From: a virus
DNA length: 64,000 nucleotides
Direction: 5' to 3' (one strand)
IMG/VR virus record: IMGVR_UViG_3300037826_000057
Location: 1-64,000 of that record
Shown: in pieces, positions 44,951-54,900 of the stretch
Layout of the letters: every line of letters begins with the position of its first letter
Numbering within the stretch: the first letter of the stretch is position 1
Made by a program: the position numbers and the translations under genes
The notes under the pieces: model-generated
Databases searched by the model: none
Told to the model about the DNA's origin: nothing
What the model saw: the letters and a program-made list of their open reading frames with translations, nothing else

Positions 44951-47479
44951 TTACTGCCACATTACCCACACATTAACATATACTGTGTCTGTGCCACTCG
45001 TTTGGTCAATTGTAAGTTTGCCTGTGGAGTAAAGCGTTAAGTTAACCTGATTAGTTCCATCATTAAATATAGAAGATGTATCAGAACCAGAGCTTGGAGT
45101 GTCCAGAGCTAGCTCAGCGTTACTAGTGTTGCTCGATCTGTCGGTAGCAACAAAAAATGCATTAAGTCCATATTGCACATCATTACTCCCATCAGGAATA
45201 ATAGTAGTTTCCCCGCCTCCACTGACACTGCCTTCCCAGTAAAGGAACCCGCCGAAATCTTTGTAACCGTGCATAAGCCCTAATGGGTCAGTAGGCCCGA
45301 TGCCGATGTTACCATCGTGATTAATAGTCAAATATTCAGTAGGCCCACCACCCGTACCATTTTCTCGTGCATATAAACCAAACTTAAATCCCTCATTCCC
45401 ATTCGACCAATTCTCAGTAGCCTTAGCAACAAAGAATTTTCTAGGACTATCCCATTCCGTTCCGTCATAACCTTGTAAGGCGAAGTTTAAAATCTCATCC
45501 CCATCTTGAATGGCAGCCGGAGAGCCTAGAGTGCCCCTTGCTCTTTTTGCAATAAATCTAGGAATACTAACAAATGTATCGCCAGCGGTGGCTACTGTGA
45601 AGTCTAAAAGCCCTGAACTGCTATCTTCTCTTCTTAATGTAGCAACTTTATTATCACTTGTCACAACATCTAATTTCGCCCCCATCACCGCAATATCCCC
45701 AGCCGCATCAAACACAATTCGCTCATCGCTGGCACCAATGCCGATCCAAGCAGCATCTTGCATTTGAATATTATTTATACCGGTTATATTATCACTATCG
45801 TCTATAGAGATTCCACAATCTTGTAATGTATCAGTACCATCCCATCTAGCTATTGTATTATCTGTACCAAGCCCAGTTAAGTCCGTACCCCCGCCCCCAG
45901 CTCCAAGATCAGTCCAAGAACCGCCAGAATCTTTAAATTCTATATTTCCAGCATTATCTCTTAAACCATACCCCATAGAACCTTCAGTGGCACCCCAATT
46001 AATATAGGAATTAGTTGATAATTCTACATGATCAGTAAATATACACCGATCATCAAATGTTATATCTGGTGTATCACCACCGCCAGCACCAGGCGCAAAT
46101 CCAGCACTTATAGTACAATCAGAAATTGTAATGCCTTCTAAATCACCGCCAGCAAAAAAGTCTCCGAGAACAGCTAAATCAGTATGTGGATTTGTGGTTT
46201 TGATACCTAAACGCTTATCTGTAGTGTCCCAGTATAAGTTAGAATTATCTTCTGATAGTTCACCATCATCACTAGCAAATAATACTGAACCAGAAGTAAA
46301 TATATCTATTTCCCTATCAGTATCTACAAAGATACTACCTTCGGCTGCGTGGCTGCGCACAACCCAGCCTACGCGCATAGCAAAATTTGGGTGTGTTGGT
46401 TTTACATTTGTTAGTTCTCCAGGTGTAGTTGCACTTATGTATAACGTATCACCCGCAGACCAAGAAGAAGTATCTAGTTCTCTAACACGCCCATAGGTTG
46501 TTGCATACCCAACTGCATTATTATTAATAGTATTTTGGGTAACTACAGCAATCCCGCGCAAGGTGGATAAAGCATCTGCTTGTGCTAATTGTACTTGTGG
46601 GTTATCTCCAGTAGAACCAGAAACATATACAACATCACCATTATTTAGTGTAGAACCTTCTGCATTCTTAACCCTTATCAAGTTTTCATTTCCGATATTT
46701 AAAGTAATATCTTCATTATCATTATAGTAGGAAAGAGTATTACTCTCTGCAGAATAAAATAACCTGGCCTCTTGCCAATCCGGGTTAGGGTTTTGTGGTG
46801 TAAAATCAAGATAGTTTACAGCTCCACTAATGGTAGTACCGCCAGCACTTGTTAGACCGCCTAAAAATGGGCGTATATCTTTCTCAATGTATGCGCCCCA
46901 GTTCTCTGTATCCCAACCAATACCAGAAGCAGAAGGCGTTAATTGTAAGGTGCAAACCGGCAAACTCCCAGATGGTACAGAAGGTGCCTCTGGACTTACA
47001 GATTCAGTGCCAGTTTTAATATTTACCGTTCCACCAGATGTAAGATAAACCAGGTCTTTGCGGTTATTTGTACTGGGGGCAGAGATTGTACTGGTAATAG
47101 CACCATCAAATTCTAACCTTTCTGTATCAGAATAATGCCACACACCAGAAGCAACGTGTATAGACATATCTCTAGGTGTATTTGGGGTGGGTTCAAACCA
47201 TCTGGCAACTTTTTGCCAGTAGCGTATTCTATTTAAGTTATCAACCAGAGAAGAATGCCCTGAAGTAATAGGTGTTTGTGCTTCTGTAGTATCATAAGTC
47301 ACCAAGCGTTGATTAAGCTGGCCAATAACACCTCTCCAGGGTAACCCAGACCCACCAGCTGGGCCTTCATCGCCACCAAATACTAGCTTTCCACCCTGTA
47401 TAGCACCTAAAGTCTCTTCTCTTGTACGCGCTTCTATAAAATCTACTAATGTTTCACTAAATCTTCTAGTTTTGCTCAT
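44951..47479 (-). CDS. Tail fibre / receptor-binding protein
   Basis: G/S/T-rich, repeated RLGI.TT.P and NIGIG.T.P motifs. Confidence 0.8.
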   Translation of the reverse strand: MSKTRRFSETLVDFIEARTREETLGAIQGGKLVFGGDEGPAGGSGLPWRGVIGQLNQRLVTYDTTEAQTPITSGHSSLVDNLNRIRYWQKVARWFEPTPNTPRDMSIHVASGVWHYSDTERLEFDGAITSTISAPSTNNRKDLVYLTSGGTVNIKTGTESVSPEAPSVPSGSLPVCTLQLTPSASGIGWDTENWGAYIEKDIRPFLGGLTSAGGTTISGAVNYLDFTPQNPNPDWQEARLFYSAESNTLSYYNDNEDITLNIGNENLIRVKNAEGSTLNNGDVVYVSGSTGDNPQVQLAQADALSTLRGIAVVTQNTINNNAVGYATTYGRVRELDTSSWSAGDTLYISATTPGELTNVKPTHPNFAMRVGWVVRSHAAEGSIFVDTDREIDIFTSGSVLFASDDGELSEDNSNLYWDTTDKRLGIKTTNPHTDLAVLGDFFAGGDLEGITISDCTISAGFAPGAGGGDTPDITFDDRCIFTDHVELSTNSYINWGATEGSMGYGLRDNAGNIEFKDSGGSWTDLGAGGGGTDLTGLGTDNTIARWDGTDTLQDCGISIDDSDNITGINNIQMQDAAWIGIGASDERIVFDAAGDIAVMGAKLDVVTSDNKVATLRREDSSSGLLDFTVATAGDTFVSIPRFIAKRARGTLGSPAAIQDGDEILNFALQGYDGTEWDSPRKFFVAKATENWSNGNEGFKFGLYARENGTGGGPTEYLTINHDGNIGIGPTDPLGLMHGYKDFGGFLYWEGSVSGGGETTIIPDGSNDVQYGLNAFFVATDRSSNTSNAELALDTPSSGSDTSSIFNDGTNQVNLTLYSTGKLTIDQTSGTDTVYVNVWVMWQ

Positions 47480-47494
47480 AAATCATACCTCTAG

Positions 47495-49174
47495 TTAAGT
47501 TGTTTCACTTTCCACATAATCTGCACCTTCTATTTCCGTAATTTGAACATCGCTTGGTATACCATCACACCTATGTTCATAATTTTGTAGGTCATCTGTA
47601 AATTGAATCGCGCAAGACTGCCCTGTATTAGCACCAATAAATGTACCCGCCTCATTTAATGATGCTCCCATTGCACGATATATACACTTACTAGGCCAAG
47701 GTGTAGTTGATTCCCTTGTTATAGAATCTGCACTACCTGGTGCTGTGTAGAATGCACCTTGCCCACCATTAACAGTTACAAACTGTGTACCACTTCCAGA
47801 AGCTAAAAGTGGTGGAGTTTTTAAATCCGTAATGACAGAACCAGATGGTAAATTGGGTAAAACTGTTTGTGCATTTGGCCACCCACTATATAATACACAT
47901 TGTTTATAAGGCCCCAAAGTACCATATAAATAGACTTTACCTTGCATCTCCGCGTGAGGGTAAATATACCCAGAACCAGGAGCAACAAACCCTATACCAG
48001 AAGCTAGTGTATTTGCTTCTACTTCTAACATTATAGGTGATGTAGCTGGATATACACTACCTGTGACATATAGCTGAGTTCCAGCTCTGTCTAACCCCCT
48101 TGGTTTCACAGGAAAATCTAAATCTGGATTGCGTTTCCAAACACTAAGCCAATCTGTCCCGTCATTATCTGAATAACTTACTATCACAAATGTACCGTGA
48201 AATGTTATACACCCTGCTTTATCATTAATAGTATTAATATCATCACGCGATATGGTACCATCCATATCTGTATCACGGTAAACATTTACACTAGTACCGT
48301 CTTCATCGACAATAAACCTTTTACCATCAAAATCTACTCCAAAAGGTGCTTGGGCAATACGTGGTTTATCTACAAATGTACTTACACCGTAAGGTGTATA
48401 ATCCGCTTCTTCAAATTGATTCTTTGTATAAGCTAAATCTCCATTTGAATCCCGCGTCCAAAATTTATGGTCACAACCCCAGGCCGGTGCTAAAAAACTA
48501 CCATAAGGTGCCGTATCTTTTATTTCCCAATTTGAAAGCCCAAATCTAATATAGTCATCTTCGTTTATACTAAATTCATATCGTGAAAAACTAGCTAATT
48601 GACTTTCAGAGAATGGTCTCACACTACAAACGTAACCAAATTTTGGTATAAATTCCTGACGCCATGAGTTTCCACCATCAAAGGAAACCCATACGCCATA
48701 GTAGTCCTCATAACTTAACGTTTGATACAAAACACCATTATATGAATTTAAATCTCTAATTTTCCATTCATCTGGGTGACTGTCTGAGACTTCATTATGC
48801 GAATCAAATAATAGAGTTGGTTGTCCATCTTCCTCTCTTATTCTATAAATTTGAGCAGCTACATAAGTTGTTCTATCATAACCATCAATCTCTTCCCATT
48901 GTACGTTGACTGCCGTCAAAATATGTGCATTACAAAAGGTCATTTGACTATATGGTCTAACAGTCACAAATTCTTCATCAAAATCATCATAATGATCTGT
49001 GGTATATTCCTGTACTCTAATTTCTGTTAGGTTTTTACTAAACATATTAAATTTATAAAAATATTGTATGCCAGAATGAATATAAATACTACCAGTACTA
49101 TCATCTGGAGCAATCCGAATTCTATCTAACAGCACCGGGGCTTCAAAACGCGTTATTTCTGTATAAGTAGCCAT
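47495..49174 (-). CDS. Tail tip protein, beta-propeller-like
   Basis: Asp-box SFDGGNSW; position in tail module. Confidence 0.65.
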   Translation of the reverse strand: MATYTEITRFEAPVLLDRIRIAPDDSTGSIYIHSGIQYFYKFNMFSKNLTEIRVQEYTTDHYDDFDEEFVTVRPYSQMTFCNAHILTAVNVQWEEIDGYDRTTYVAAQIYRIREEDGQPTLLFDSHNEVSDSHPDEWKIRDLNSYNGVLYQTLSYEDYYGVWVSFDGGNSWRQEFIPKFGYVCSVRPFSESQLASFSRYEFSINEDDYIRFGLSNWEIKDTAPYGSFLAPAWGCDHKFWTRDSNGDLAYTKNQFEEADYTPYGVSTFVDKPRIAQAPFGVDFDGKRFIVDEDGTSVNVYRDTDMDGTISRDDINTINDKAGCITFHGTFVIVSYSDNDGTDWLSVWKRNPDLDFPVKPRGLDRAGTQLYVTGSVYPATSPIMLEVEANTLASGIGFVAPGSGYIYPHAEMQGKVYLYGTLGPYKQCVLYSGWPNAQTVLPNLPSGSVITDLKTPPLLASGSGTQFVTVNGGQGAFYTAPGSADSITRESTTPWPSKCIYRAMGASLNEAGTFIGANTGQSCAIQFTDDLQNYEHRCDGIPSDVQITEIEGADYVESETT

Positions 49175-50529
49175 TACAATACCTTCTTGTTAGTCCAAGT
49201 CAAACCTTTATCCGTTGACTTGTATATCCAAATTCCATGAAAGTTAACATCCCCTGCTAAACAATATACATAACCATCAGGATCAACCACAACACCGGGC
49301 CAATATAAATCTGATTCCACTACACCTGCATCTTGGTCAGATGGTGTACCCATAGTTTGTTTTTCCCAAGAATCTCCACTATCCATTGTCGAATATATTC
49401 CACCCTCACAAGCTGCCCATACCTCTTTATCATCTGGTACAGCAATATCATAAACCTTAGTATTATTTAAAGCTGTTTGTGCCCACGTCGTTCCGTCTGT
49501 TGTCTTATATACACCTTTACCCCAAGTTCCAGCATATAATGGTGATAAAGGTTCGGGGGGTACATGTTCCCTGTCCCAGCCCCAAAATCTTCCAAATTTT
49601 TCATCTAAAGTAAGTTCTACTGTATATCCGCTATCTGAATTATAAGTTGAAGTAAGACCTGTTATTAAGCAATCAGACCTGCTATATCCAGAAGTTGGTT
49701 CGTACACATCTACAGTTTGTGCAATTTTATAATCAGGATTGCCCTGCATCTCTATAATTTTTACATCCAGGGGTTTAGAAAAATGTTCAACCATATCTTC
49801 CGCTATATCTTCAGCTAGAGCGGGGTTATGTATTTGTCCCGTACCAGCTGCTGCAGTACGCACTTCTCCCGGTAATAAATAACTATTACTTTTATATTCT
49901 TCAACTGCAAAACCATTACCAAATACTACAACTCTATTTCTTAAAGTAGAATCACTAAATTTTCTTTCAAAACTAATAAAATTTCTAAGTGTATGGTCAG
50001 GTGTTTGCTTGCGGTACACCTCATGGATATTAACAGAACCATCATGATTAGCAAATACTTGATAAGGTGTCATCTCTAAAGTAGTTGTTATTGCTTGCCA
50101 AGCATTTACCCGTGACCATCCATATCCAGGATAAACTTTGGTTTCAGTATAAATATTTGTATCTACATTTGAAATTCCACTTTTATTTAAAAATTTTGTA
50201 ATCCATGCAACTGTGTTTTCCCCATCAGAAGTGTAATTATCTGTTAACCAGTAATCGTCTGTGCGAATAAGAACATCACTACAAATTAATGTGGAATCAA
50301 CCGGCATGCGCTTTTTAACACGCTCTTGGGTATAACCTGTAAATACTAGTGTCCCACACTCATAAAATTCTACATCTTGATAGGGTTCAATAGTAATTGG
50401 TAAGTCTGGTGCCATCTGTAATTCTAATTCAGCGATAGGATTTATCAGACTATGCTTGCGACTACTTGAGACCACATAGTCTGATAAATCGTTTCCATCA
50501 ACTTTTAATGTAATAGTAGGATTTCGCAT
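49174..50529 (-). CDS. Tail hub/Tal-like protein with C-terminal Asp-box repeats
   Basis: LRNRVVVFG; TDG.TW, MDSGDSW, TDKGLTW. Confidence 0.7.
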   Translation of the reverse strand: MRNPTITLKVDGNDLSDYVVSSSRKHSLINPIAELELQMAPDLPITIEPYQDVEFYECGTLVFTGYTQERVKKRMPVDSTLICSDVLIRTDDYWLTDNYTSDGENTVAWITKFLNKSGISNVDTNIYTETKVYPGYGWSRVNAWQAITTTLEMTPYQVFANHDGSVNIHEVYRKQTPDHTLRNFISFERKFSDSTLRNRVVVFGNGFAVEEYKSNSYLLPGEVRTAAAGTGQIHNPALAEDIAEDMVEHFSKPLDVKIIEMQGNPDYKIAQTVDVYEPTSGYSRSDCLITGLTSTYNSDSGYTVELTLDEKFGRFWGWDREHVPPEPLSPLYAGTWGKGVYKTTDGTTWAQTALNNTKVYDIAVPDDKEVWAACEGGIYSTMDSGDSWEKQTMGTPSDQDAGVVESDLYWPGVVVDPDGYVYCLAGDVNFHGIWIYKSTDKGLTWTNKKVL

Positions 50530-50556
50530 TATTTAACTCGTATTCCTTAACTTGCG

Positions 50557-51555
50557 TTATTTAACCAAGTCCATAGACATTGAATATCCTTCTTCAGCAG
50601 AAAGTCGATGATTTATTGCATAAACAAACCATAAATCATTATTACCAGTATAACTTTCATTCACTAAAACTGTATCTCTAACTCTAATATTTGGGTCGCC
50701 TTCTGCATCAATACGCATAAACTCTGTTAGTCTGTTATATAAATTTAAATTATAACTAGCTGCATCATCTGCCATAGATTGCTGGTCAATTAACTCGCTA
50801 GACACTATAGCGGTTTTATAGAAAGTGCTTGGTGTATTTGGTAAATATGGGCTGGAAGTTTTCGCTTCAGCTTTTATTCCATCTTTTCCAAACACAACTA
50901 CCCTATTTCTTAAGTTATCAGTATTATAACCATAATCAACCAATATAATATTACCGGAATCTCCAGTAGTAAATTCATGCGCATCTGAAGTTTTACCCTC
51001 AGCAGGTTCTGGTAAAACCCTAGAAAAATAAACAACATCATCCTCTGCATAACAATTATAAGCTAAAATATGGCAAATAGTTCTAATTGCATCCCAAGTT
51101 GACATTAAATTAAATTCTGCTGGCCCCTGTACACCAAAAGTGTAATTACTAGTATCCAAGTCAAAACTAGCGTAAGCATCAATTTGAGCTTCACTTAAGA
51201 GGTCAGAAATTAAATTTTCTGCTTGAATATTGCGCCTACTCCAGGGATTTTCAATATTAGGTGAAACCAACCAATGCTCAGTTGCTAGTTTCATTACATC
51301 TCTTCCACTTATTTCATAAGTTCCCGGCAAGCGTGTATATACAATTTCATCGACAAACCCAGAAAAGATTGTAGTATGGTTATTATCAAATCCCATATCT
51401 ATGGTAATTTCATCGTTTAATGTGACATCTTTAGTATCCTCTACTGTAATAGTGCACCTTGAACAAGTTTGCTTATGTCCCTCTTGCACCTCTACCTCAA
51501 GTATGTCCAAAGACTGTGCACCAATTGTCACATCAGCATACAAATCACGAATCAT
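50557..51555 (-). CDS. Tail hub-like protein, paralog of 49174-50529
   Basis: Shared F.G, LRNRVVVFG, S.YL and G.P motifs. Confidence 0.7.
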   Translation of the reverse strand: MIRDLYADVTIGAQSLDILEVEVQEGHKQTCSRCTITVEDTKDVTLNDEITIDMGFDNNHTTIFSGFVDEIVYTRLPGTYEISGRDVMKLATEHWLVSPNIENPWSRRNIQAENLISDLLSEAQIDAYASFDLDTSNYTFGVQGPAEFNLMSTWDAIRTICHILAYNCYAEDDVVYFSRVLPEPAEGKTSDAHEFTTGDSGNIILVDYGYNTDNLRNRVVVFGKDGIKAEAKTSSPYLPNTPSTFYKTAIVSSELIDQQSMADDAASYNLNLYNRLTEFMRIDAEGDPNIRVRDTVLVNESYTGNNDLWFVYAINHRLSAEEGYSMSMDLVK

Positions 51556-51889
51556 CTTTTGTAATCTCCATTGTTACTCTATATACCGGTGTATTCCTAC
51601 TAATATCCTGTAAACGCTCCGCTTCAAAGTTATGTATATAAATATCACCTTGCGCTCCCTGGTCAGAAGTTAAAGAAATACCAGAAGCATTGTTAATAAT
51701 AGGTAAAATTCTTGAGGAATACCCACTAAAAACTACAAATGTAATATCGCGTTTATAACTTTTTCTTCCAGCGTCATGAATAATAGTCTTATTAGAATCT
51801 AATATATCTATTTCACTACTTCTACGCTCTACCTTCCAACCAGTGTCCTGTTCAACATAAATTCTTTCTCCATTAAGATACCAAGCCAT
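51545..51889 (-). CDS. Distal tail (Dit)-like protein
   Basis: Small beta-rich ORF directly after the tape measure gene. Confidence 0.55.
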   Translation of the reverse strand: MAWYLNGERIYVEQDTGWKVERRSSEIDILDSNKTIIHDAGRKSYKRDITFVVFSGYSSRILPIINNASGISLTSDQGAQGDIYIHNFEAERLQDISRNTPVYRVTMEITKDDS

Positions 51890-51936
51890 ATCTACCTCCT
51901 AATATTATTGTCGCCCGCCATTAGTATTTCCTAATA

Positions 51937-54900
51937 TTACCGTGTGCCGGTTCTATTACCATCTGAGCGCAGAGTGGAAATTAACGCTCTCTCCAATACG
52001 CGCTTAACATATGTAGCAATAACTCTACCATCAAGTGTAACCGTATTCTGTATTGTAAAATTACCTTGCATATCTGGTATGTCAACTTTTACCTGTTGAG
52101 GTTGTTGTGGTGCGGGACTATGCAATGCCTTCTTTCCACCTTGCTCAGGCCCCATTATATATTGCTGCCATAAAGCAGTAATTTTATTTAAGGCTTCAGT
52201 AAAACCAGTAGCCCCACCTTCACTCTTTTTCAAATCTTCTTCAACATCCGGCGGTGTCCAAGCACCTGGCTGGAATATATTTTCCCAGCCTCCTCCTGGT
52301 GTTACTTTCATTGCATCATCAACCATATAATCTGGGCGTTGTGGTTGTGCCGATGTATCACCAGGATGCCAATATTGTTCGCGCATCCAATCAGGTTCTT
52401 CTTTTCTAGGTTGAGGTATATTCTCATGCCTAGAACCTGCCTGCATTTTATCTATACCTTCGCTTACATAATCACCTAAATTAGCCAAATTTTGAATATC
52501 TGATTCAACTAAGAATTGCCCAAGCGGGTTTTCAGATTGCATCCCTGTAAATACTTCTTCCCAGGGGTCTTCAAACTTATCAATCAAAGTTAATGCTCCC
52601 TGGCGATCCCAATCTTGGGCTGGTGGTGGGGTATAACCTTGTTCTCTAAGTACAGCAATAATTTCTTGCAACCTAGCAGCTTGTGTTTGCGATATACCCA
52701 GACTTTCTGCTAGCTGTTGTGTGGTCATTTCTGTATTTTGTGCTGTTTGCTCAGTTGGTGGTTGTAGTGCTTGCAATTCAGGTAATTCTGGATACCCACC
52801 GCCCTCACCTTCTTGATAGAACATTGAAGTAAGTGGTACCCAGAATCTTGAACCAGATGGAATATTCCACATACCTTCTAATTGCTTTTCTTCAGTTTCC
52901 TTTATGTCCTGCAATGTGAAAAGCATTGCCTGGTTTGTAGAATACAATCTTTGTAAAGTATTATTCTCACCTAATAATAAGTTGAATTGCTCACCTTCTT
53001 CTTGTAAGTATTGTTGAGGCGATTGCCCACGCAAGCGTGATAGATATTCAACCCAATATCTATTTCTACGTGCAATTTCACCCATTTTACTGGGGTCAAC
53101 ATCTTGCAAGCGTTTAACATTAAATGCATCTTCTTGCGAACTCTTTAAATCTTTAAACTCAGTTTTAGCAGCGTCAACAAACTGTTTCATTACATCTTCA
53201 ACCCATTGGAAATTTTCACCAGCAAGTGCAGCCCATTTTTCAATATCCTCAAACGCACTATCTGGTATACCAAGTTCTTCTGCAAATTGTGTTTGAAGTT
53301 CGCGTGCTTTAGCCAGAACTTGGTCAAATTCTTTTTGGGTCAATTCACTAAAATCAGAATATCCCGGAATACCACCAAATTGTGCTTGCTGTGTTTCCTG
53401 ACGCAATCTATCTAGAATAGGCTTAAATTCTTCTACAGCCAAAGCCCGCTGTTGTTCTAGTCTGCGTTGCTCTGCTGCTAATGCTGCTCTTTTTTCAGCA
53501 TTTTCTACTTCTTTTAATTGTTTGCGTAAATCTTCTAAACGCGCATCATATTGTGCAATTGCTAATGCCTGGTCAGTAATAAATTGCACATTCTCATCTG
53601 ACCAGTCTGCCATTTCTGTACCTATTTGTGTATAAGTAGAAGCTGCATCTTGAATAACACTATTATTGGCTTCTGCTGACCTTGTGTATGCATCCCAAAT
53701 AGGTAACATTTGATTTACCAGGGAAGTCATACGCTCTATTTTATTGTTATAGGCACTTGCACTTTCAATTTCCCCAGACGCGAATTCAAAAGGCATCTCT
53801 TCACGCTCTTCTTCAAAAGCTGACATCAAGCCGGGTTCAAATTGTTGTTGATAGCCTAAATATCTTTTTTGGGTTTTAGAAGCACCAAAACCAAAATCAA
53901 TCTCTTGACCCTCTAATTCAGTAATTTCCTTATTTAATTCCCTAATAACTTCTTGCATCTCTTCTACTTGGGCAATTTCTGGTGGAGCAATACCTAAAAT
54001 TTTACGTGCAAATTTACCACCAAAGCCAACACTACTAAGTGTTGACATAACAGTCATAAGCTTACCCAGACCACCTTCTATGTCACCAAGATTTTGTTGA
54101 TATTCTTCAAGATTTTCACTGTTCCAAGAAACAAGTCTACCAACACGCACCCAATTCTTAGCAAAACCAAGTAATCCGCCCCCGCCTGGTTTGGTTACTT
54201 CCTCAAACCTTTGTTTTAATTCTGCTCTTCTAGCAACAAGCTCTTCACGCGAAGCTCCAGAAATATCTTTCTGAAGCAGGTCTTGTAACTCACCGCTTTT
54301 TTGCACATAACCAACAAATGCTTCTGCAATAGCTGCACCAACCAATGAACCACCAGGCCCACCAACAAGCCCACCAAGAATGGCACCAACGACACTACCG
54401 CCAAATCTACCTGCAGCTTGGTCTAAATCTTCACGCCCCATAGCAGCTTTCGCTAAATGTGTAGCACCTACTGCTAATCCTGGGCCAGCCATATTCAAGG
54501 TCTTCAAACCAATATATTTAGCACGCTCACCTAAAGACATACTAACTTGATTTGAATATTGGCGCTTTTTAGATAAATTAGCCAATGCACCCGCACCAAT
54601 AGTACCACTACCAAAACCCAGGCGCTGAGGGATAGCAAACTCCCTACCTAACGCCCAAGCACTACCAACTCCTGCTAATGCGGTAGCTGTTGGCCCAAGT
54701 ACATCAATAAGGTTATTTAAAGCATCAACTAATGCTGTTACAGAATCAACTGCATCAGTAAGAAAATCAATAAATCCACCCTCATTACCTAAAGTTTGTC
54801 CTAAGGATTTAAAGCTGTTATTTAATTCTTTTAAGGCCTGGCGAAGTGTATCAGTCTTTTTACCTAAAGCTTCCTGAGCATCGCCCTGAGCATTTGTACT

